Shown here piece by piece: positions 50,141 to 64,000 of a DNA stretch of 64,000 nt. The position numbers and the translations under genes were made by a program. The notes below the pieces were generated by a model. It was not told the origin of the DNA. It worked only from the letters and a program-made list of their open reading frames with translations, and did not search any database. This DNA comes from Octopus sinensis (taxonomy: Eukaryota): NCBI RefSeq assembly GCF_006345805.1, contig NC_042998.1, positions 26,288,001 to 26,352,000 on the forward strand, in the 5' to 3' direction. The first letter of the stretch is position 1. The number at the start of each line of letters is the position of its first letter.

Positions 50141-50991
50141 TTCCTGTTACTATAGGTGTAGTAGTGTTTGAGAAGTTGTAACACTATTAATTTATTCTGT
50201 ACAATCTGTCCATAAATGTAGGGTGATTGAATCAATTTAACCCTGCAGACACGCTCACTGCTGGACACTAATGAGTTTAAACAGCAGTTGTCTCCCCTTC
50301 CGCTTCGATCATGTTTAGCCTGTCAGCGGATCAAAGTGCCGAAGGAATAAACATTAATTTTAATGACTGGGGTAGGAGTAACGAAATAAAAAAGAGTAAA
50401 AACAGTCAGGAAAATATTGAAAAGTAACAAGGAATGAACAAAAATTAAAAGAAAAGACTAATCATAGATCAATTCGTGCTGCAGCTGTTGTTCTGTTCAT
50501 GCGGCTGCTGCCACTGCAGCTGTTCATTTTGGAAATGATTTCTAAAGTGATTTTTTAAAAGAAAACAGGAGACAAACGATTATGTAACAGGACTGTAAGA
50601 ATATTTACATACATAATACATAATTAAGAAATTTACATTATAAATGACTTGTGGAAGAAATTAACTTTGCCTCTGTTTATAACACAGGTGATAACACTGG
50701 TGATAATAATTCATGACTGTTTATAACACTGGTGATAATTCATGACTGTTTATAATGCTGATAATAATTCATGACTGGTCACAAGTTACTAGATGACCTA
50801 GGTCTTTAGATGGTTTCATTTTACTTAGCTTAAATTTATTAGTCTGTGCAATACTGTCAGCAAATTTTGGTGTAGTAGTGTATTATAGCTTAACAGTATA
50901 CTAATTAAATATTTGATGGTATTTATTATGTGGGAAATAGTTGTTAAGTAGAGATGAAGAATATTTTAGATTCTCAGGTCTTACTAAAAGA

Positions 50992-51379
50992 CTATATCAC
51001 CCGGCATTGCTCGGATTTGTTTTGACCCTTTAGAATTGGAATTTTTGAAAAGTAAAAATTTTGCATTATGTAGCTTGTTATTCTCTTTAAGTGAACATTT
51101 TTCTGGTTGAAATACACCAAAAAATAGCAACGCAGCAGTCAAAAATTCGTAAAAAATAGGGTTTTCATAGAAAAAAAAACACCTTTTTGATGTAAATAAT
51201 TTTTGGTGTTAACATGGTCCGATTTGAATTATTTCTTCTATGGAATGAAGAGCAAGCCTTCTTCTATCATACTCTCAATTTTGGTCAACTTATGCCGCAG
51301 GGTCTCGGAGAAGATAGTTTTAGTTGAAGGCTACCAAACCTGCCACACACAGACAACTTCAGCTTTATATATATAGAGA
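50992..51379 (-). mobile_element. Non-autonomous Helitron (same subfamily as 5483-5846)
   Basis: High similarity along its length; TC start on the minus strand. Confidence 0.75.
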
Positions 51380-52286
51380 TTGTATGGAGGATTATAAGAC
51401 ATTACTTTTTTGTTTCTATTTTCCCTATTTGTGTAGGTTGACCTAATTTCAGTGGTTATGTTAGGTAGATTTAATTCAGTACCTTAAGTCTCGTACATAA
51501 GGTATAATCCTCCCCACAATCTCTAGGTAAAAACTTCAATATCTAAAATATTCTTCTCTCTACTTATACCTAACTTCCCAACTTACCATAAGTACAATAA
51601 AATATTTAATAAGTGTACTGTTAAATTATCCTACTTTACCACTCAAAACTTTGTTAAGAGCATTCAGCCTTACAAGGAGTAATAAATTGAAGCTAAATAA
51701 AATTCAATGAGACACACACACACACATACATTCATACACCAAAATAGTGTTTGTTTTATTTTTGTTTTTTTGTGATTTTTTTACTGAATGCTGAGAGTTT
51801 TGTAGATACAAAGTTAATAAGACAGATTGTTGAAATATCGTAATCTAAGAGATATATTTTTCAAATTAATCATTCTAAGAAAGGTCAAAATGATAAATGG
51901 CTGTTTCTGAAGATTAGAATGAATGAAAAAGAACTGTCTTTCACTATTATCATAAAATGTTTAAACAAATTTTTCATTATTGAGAGACAGGTTATATATT
52001 TGCCTATATAATTATTTCATACAATATACAGTACTTTGACCTAGTAGATATTTCTCTTAATATCAGTCTGTAACAAATCTCCACAGCAGACCATCAAGTT
52101 TTTGTCACTTCTGTCTCTTTATTTGATTGTGTGTATACATATATTAATACATACACATAGGTGTACACACATACATATTCATATAGGTATACATTTGTAT
52201 ATGTACATACAAAAATATATGAGTGCATGAGGAGAATGTATATGTGCATACATATGTATATATATGGAAAAAAATTACAACATAGG

Positions 52287-52423
52287 TACAGGAGTGGCTT
52301 TGTGGTAAGTAGCTTGCTTACCAACCACATGGTTCTGGGTTCAGTCCCACTGCGTGGCACAATGGGCAACCAAAGTCTTGTGAGTGCATTTGGTAGACGG
52401 AAACTTAAACAGGCCTGTCATGC

Positions 52424-52479
<56 letters not shown>

Positions 52480-53270
52480 TGTTTATGTTTCTCTGTTTGT
52501 CCCCCCACCCCCAACATCGCTTGACAACCGATGCTGGTGTGTTTACATTTCTGTCACTTAGCGGTTCGGCAAGAGAGACCAATCGAATAAGTACTAGGCT
52601 TACAAAGAATAAGTCTTGGGGGTCGATTTGCTCGACTAAAGGCAGTGCTCCAGCATGGCTGCAATCAAATGACTGAAACAAATTAAAAGAAAAGACCCTT
52701 CTATGCCAATAAATCACTATTGTTCCTGAAAGTTGTTTCTAATAACTTTTGTGGACTGCTCAAAGCTTGGTAACTTCCTAGATCTGGATCCTTGGATTTT
52801 TCCTTTATGTATTAAGATATCTTCTATTGCCTCAGGCCTAACCAAAGCTTTATGAGTGGATGTGGTTGATGAAAACTAAAAGAAGCCCATCTCATATATA
52901 TATATAACAGATGTATATATATATATATATATATACATCTGTTTGTTATCTACACCACCTGTCTTTGTCTTTTGTTTTTTTTGTGAATTTTCCCCATATA
53001 TATATATATATATATATGTATGTACACACACGTGTGTGTGTGTGTGTTTGTATCTGTTTTTGTCCCCACCACCACAACTGCCTGACAACCAGTGTTGGTG
53101 TGTTTACATTCCTGTGACTAAATGGTTTGACAGAAGAGACAAATAAAATAAGTACCAGGTTATAAAAATAAAAAAAGAAATCATACTGGAGTCAATTCAT
53201 TTGACTAAAAATTCTTCATGATGGTGCCCCAGCATGACCACAGTCTAATGACTGAAACAAGTAAAAGATA
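52287..53270 (+). mobile_element. Two SINE family A copies (52287-52695; A2-type ~52820-53270)
   Basis: Similarity to other copies. Confidence 0.75.
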
Positions 53271-55235
53271 GATGTGTGTGTGCATGTGTGCTGTTAAAGC
53301 CCTAGTTACCAAACATGTGTGCATATGATTTTTTACATTGTGCTAGATATTCTTTCCTATGTATGCTATTAAGAATGCAGAACCTGTTATTTCAACCCTT
53401 AGCACCTACATCACTACTACCACCACCACCACCTACTATTACTACTGCCACTAGTACATATATACATGTGATGTGTTATATTTATGGCAATGTTATTTTC
53501 TGCTTCACATTGGTTGTCAGTTTTCAGTCTCCAGTTTGCATTGGAATATTGCAAGTTATGTGAAACTATTAGTATGGCACTTACTGATTCAGAAAGAATG
53601 AGATGAGAGCAGTTGTGATGCTGATCGTACTGATTGTAATTAAGACAAGTAGAATGACTTCAATGGAAAAAAAAAAAAAAAGAAGAAAAAAAAGTAAATA
53701 TATTGACAGCATCAGTGACCAAGGCAACTGCCATAAATAACATGGGCGACAAGAGCAGATACTTTCACGAGGCCAAACAATACAGTTATCTGATAAGAAA
53801 AAAAATTGAATTTAATCTTGAAACGAAAAAAAATTTTTTTTAACAAGAGACTGTGAAAATGGATTGAAAATTTGATTATAAATGCTAGGCTTTAAACATG
53901 CAACAATTACGACCAAATATTGTTAAATCAATTCAGAATGAAGAATGTTAAATAAAATAAATGATTGTTCCCAGATGCTTATATTTTCCATTAATTTATT
54001 TTATTAGCTTCATGGATATAGCAATTTCACAGTTTTACTATAAAGATTACATATTTAAACCAGAGTAGTCTATTGATGTTTTCTTAATTTACACTAACAG
54101 GTTAAAGAAATTAGAACCATATTGTGGAACAGAATTACTATTAACTGGTGAATACATTTGCTTTTATAGCATATAATAAAATGTTGCGTTTTAACTAGAT
54201 GGATTCTGAGTAATATAAATGTTGCTATCATTCAAATAAGCATCAGATTTTTGAAAGTCTAATGTTTCACTGTTATCTGCTGTAAATGTAATACAATTAT
54301 GACATGCATGATACAACGAGAGTGGGGGGAAAAAAATGCTAAAATATGTACAAGTTGTTCTAACTCTTCACTCATTTAACTCATAGATGCTACAATATTG
54401 GAAGTCTGGTGAAAGTACAAAGAGGGTGAATTAAAAATAACTTGTTTAGAATAGGAGAAGATAATAATGGAAACAATAATCTCTCTCTGTCTCCCCCTCT
54501 CTCTCCCGCCTTCTGCCCCCCACTCTCTCCCTCTCCTGTACTAACATTGGCTATTTTTTTTATTGCAGAATTGTTTTGATTTTGTTGTTCTTTTAGTTTG
54601 TTAACAAACTTCAATATTGGTTTGTTTTTTTTCCTTTAATACTGGTTTTTTTTCTTCACAAGACACCAGTAAAGACTGGAGTACAATCGACTGACACTCA
54701 GCTTTTGATATATAAATAGTACTTAAACTAACATGAAAAAGAAAGATAATAGGTGAATTTGACCCTAAAAAAAATTTCTAATGCCAATTTAGAAAGAGAA
54801 AAATGTCTACCACGAGTCTTCCTCTGTTGTAGTCTATACATAAACTTGATCAACCAATAATAATAATAATAATCATCATCATCATCATCATAATGTTTAA
54901 ATATTAGAATTTCACTTATACAAAACACATGCTAAATATCTACACACAATAAATGTCTCAACTAAAAGCATATATTTAAATAAATAAATAAATAAGCACA
55001 AAGACAAAGCCTGTATTGCTTACTGAGTTATATTTGCCACTGATAACTAATTTCCGTGTGTAAAATATCTCATCAGATATCAATGCTATTTCAGCTATTT
55101 AAAACCATTATCTTTCATTTCCAATATAAAGTTGACTTTTAATAACATAGATGAATGCATTATGCAAACAGATTTCTCTCTTTTCCTTTCTCTCGTTCTC
55201 ATTCCATAAAAATATTTCTATGAAAGAATAAGTAT

Positions 55236-62200
<6,965 letters not shown>

Positions 62201-62489
62201 TATATATATATATGTTTATATCTTTTTGTATACACTCATGTGTTGTTGAAGCAGAGCTTTTCCTGATGTTCTGAGGAGTTTATGAATACATTTGCATGTA
62301 TAAGCATATCAAGTGCAACTAAAAATATCTGACTCAATCAAATACTCAGAACTCACTCTTTTCACATTTTTTACCTCTGCTTTATCCATCTCTTTCCTGC
62401 ATCCTTTCCAATTGCTTATTTCTAGTCTACATCAATTCAACATATAAACGTTTGTGTGTGTGTGTGTACATGTACATTTTTCTCATTTC

Positions 62490-62711
62490 TCTCTTTTACT
62501 TGTTTCAGTCATTTGACTGCAGCCATGCTGGAGCACTACCTTTTAGTCGAGCAAATCAACCCCAAGACTTATTCTTTGTAAGCTTAGTACTTATTTTATC
62601 AGTCTCTTTTGTCGAACCACTAAGTTACGGTGAGGTAAACACACCACCGTTATTAAGCGATGTTGAGGGGGACAAACACAGACACACAAACATATGTACA
62701 CACATACATAC

Positions 62712-62775
<64 letters not shown>

Positions 62776-62940
62776 GTATACACGGGCTTCTTTCTGTTTC
62801 CGTCTACCAAATCCACTCACAAGGCTTTGGTCGGCCCGAGGCTATAGTAGAAGACACTTGCCTAAGGTGCCACACAGTGGGACTGAACCCAGAACCATGT
62901 GATTGGTAAGCAAGCTACTTACCACACAGCCACTCCTGCG
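62490..62940 (-). mobile_element. SINE family A, full length
   Basis: Similarity to other copies. Confidence 0.85.
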
Positions 62941-63423
62941 CATACATGCACACATTTTTACATGCATATAACTATACATATGTATACATACATACAAGGT
63001 CAACTATCTCACAGCAAATCTACGATGAAAGTATTTCACCCATAATGCATCCAGTGCTAGATAGTGTCCTCTTTTTAACATAGTAGGTTGTTATCAGAGG
63101 GTTATTTGGCTACTGTTTCTTACAAGTCAAATGAGTACAAAGAGGTTCTCTCATTGGCTTGTCTCTATAGTTGTCATTTATTTTGTGAGATTTCACAAAA
63201 GACTCAATACATTTCTTTTCATTTCTTTATTCTTAATTCCCACATCCACCACCATAATCAAATAACAAAGTACATAGCTACAATTATATATGTAAATACC
63301 ATGTTGAGGAAAAAGTTTGTGTGCCATGTTAAAATAATGAACTGAATGAACACACACACATACCACAAAAATATATAAATTAGCATTATTTTAACATTGT
63401 GCACAAACCTTTTCCTCAACCTA

Positions 63424-63959
63424 ATCATCATCATTATCATTGTTTAACGTCCATTTTCCATGCTAGCATGGGTTGGACATTTCGACCGGGGTCTGGGAAG
63501 CCAGGAGACTGCACCAGGCTCCAGTCTGATCTGGCAGTGTTTCTACACCTGGATGCCCTTCCTAATGCCAACCACTCCGTGAGTGTAGTGGGTGCTTTTT
63601 ACATGCCACCGACACAGGAGCCAGAGGAGTCTGGCAAATGGCCACAATCGGTCGGTGCTTTTACGTGCCACCGACACGGATGCCAGTCAGTTGGCACTGG
63701 CATCTGTCACGTTTGGATGGTGCTTTTAACGTGTCACCAGCATGAGTATCTTAACTACAATTTCAATTTGTTTTTCATTTTGATGTTGGTGTTAACGTAC
63801 TTGACTCAATAGGTCATCACAAGAACAACGGGTCACTTTACGATCCAAGGTTAGCACAGCAGGCCGTCCTGCGAACCATGAACTCACTTCATCTGTCGGG
63901 TCTTCAGTCACGGCATATCTCAGAGGTCTCGGTCTTCATCATTTCCTCTGTGAGGCCCT
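63424..63959 (-). mobile_element. RTE-clade LINE 3' end with last ORF codons
   Basis: Minus strand GLTEEMM(K)DRDL(W)RYAVTE(K)TRQ with frameshifts, then the 3' UTR and (GAT)n tail. Confidence 0.8.
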
Positions 63960-64000
63960 AATATAAATATATATCCTTAATTTCAAATTCTGATTCCAAA

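Noticed and set aside
50680-50785. Three ~30-bp degenerate direct repeats
   Set aside because: Ordinary local slippage with no further structure.

Overview
This is AT-rich, microsatellite-laden eukaryotic non-coding DNA. The repeat families look like those of octopus or another coleoid cephalopod (recognised from memory, not searched). I could not identify any intact protein-coding gene, rRNA, functional tRNA or CRISPR array, and nearly all ORFs in the track are microsatellite or repeat read-throughs. The window is a dense, nested transposon landscape. It holds at least four tRNA-derived SINE families (called A, C, D and E here) and 5'-truncated LINEs of the RTE, CR1-group, L1/Tx1-like and R4/Dong-like types. 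It also holds Penelope-like RT and GIY-YIG fragments, non-autonomous Helitrons, a fragmented hAT transposon, DD41D (rosa)-type mariner remnants, piggyBac-like and Merlin-like MITEs, and a ~7 kb TA/TG microsatellite. Five observations stand out: (1) a dispersed minimal hammerhead-ribozyme-like family with a variant CUGUNGA core; (2) a SINE that inserts into its own family at a GGTAT site and uses two swappable tails with different target sites; (3) two LINE-SINE tail-sharing pairs, one with a covarying 3' stem-loop; (4) an RTE 3' UTR that generates minisatellites; (5) a phase-compatible chain of candidate microexons that may be the 3' end of a host gene. Boundaries were read by eye and are approximate unless a TSD or TIR fixes them.
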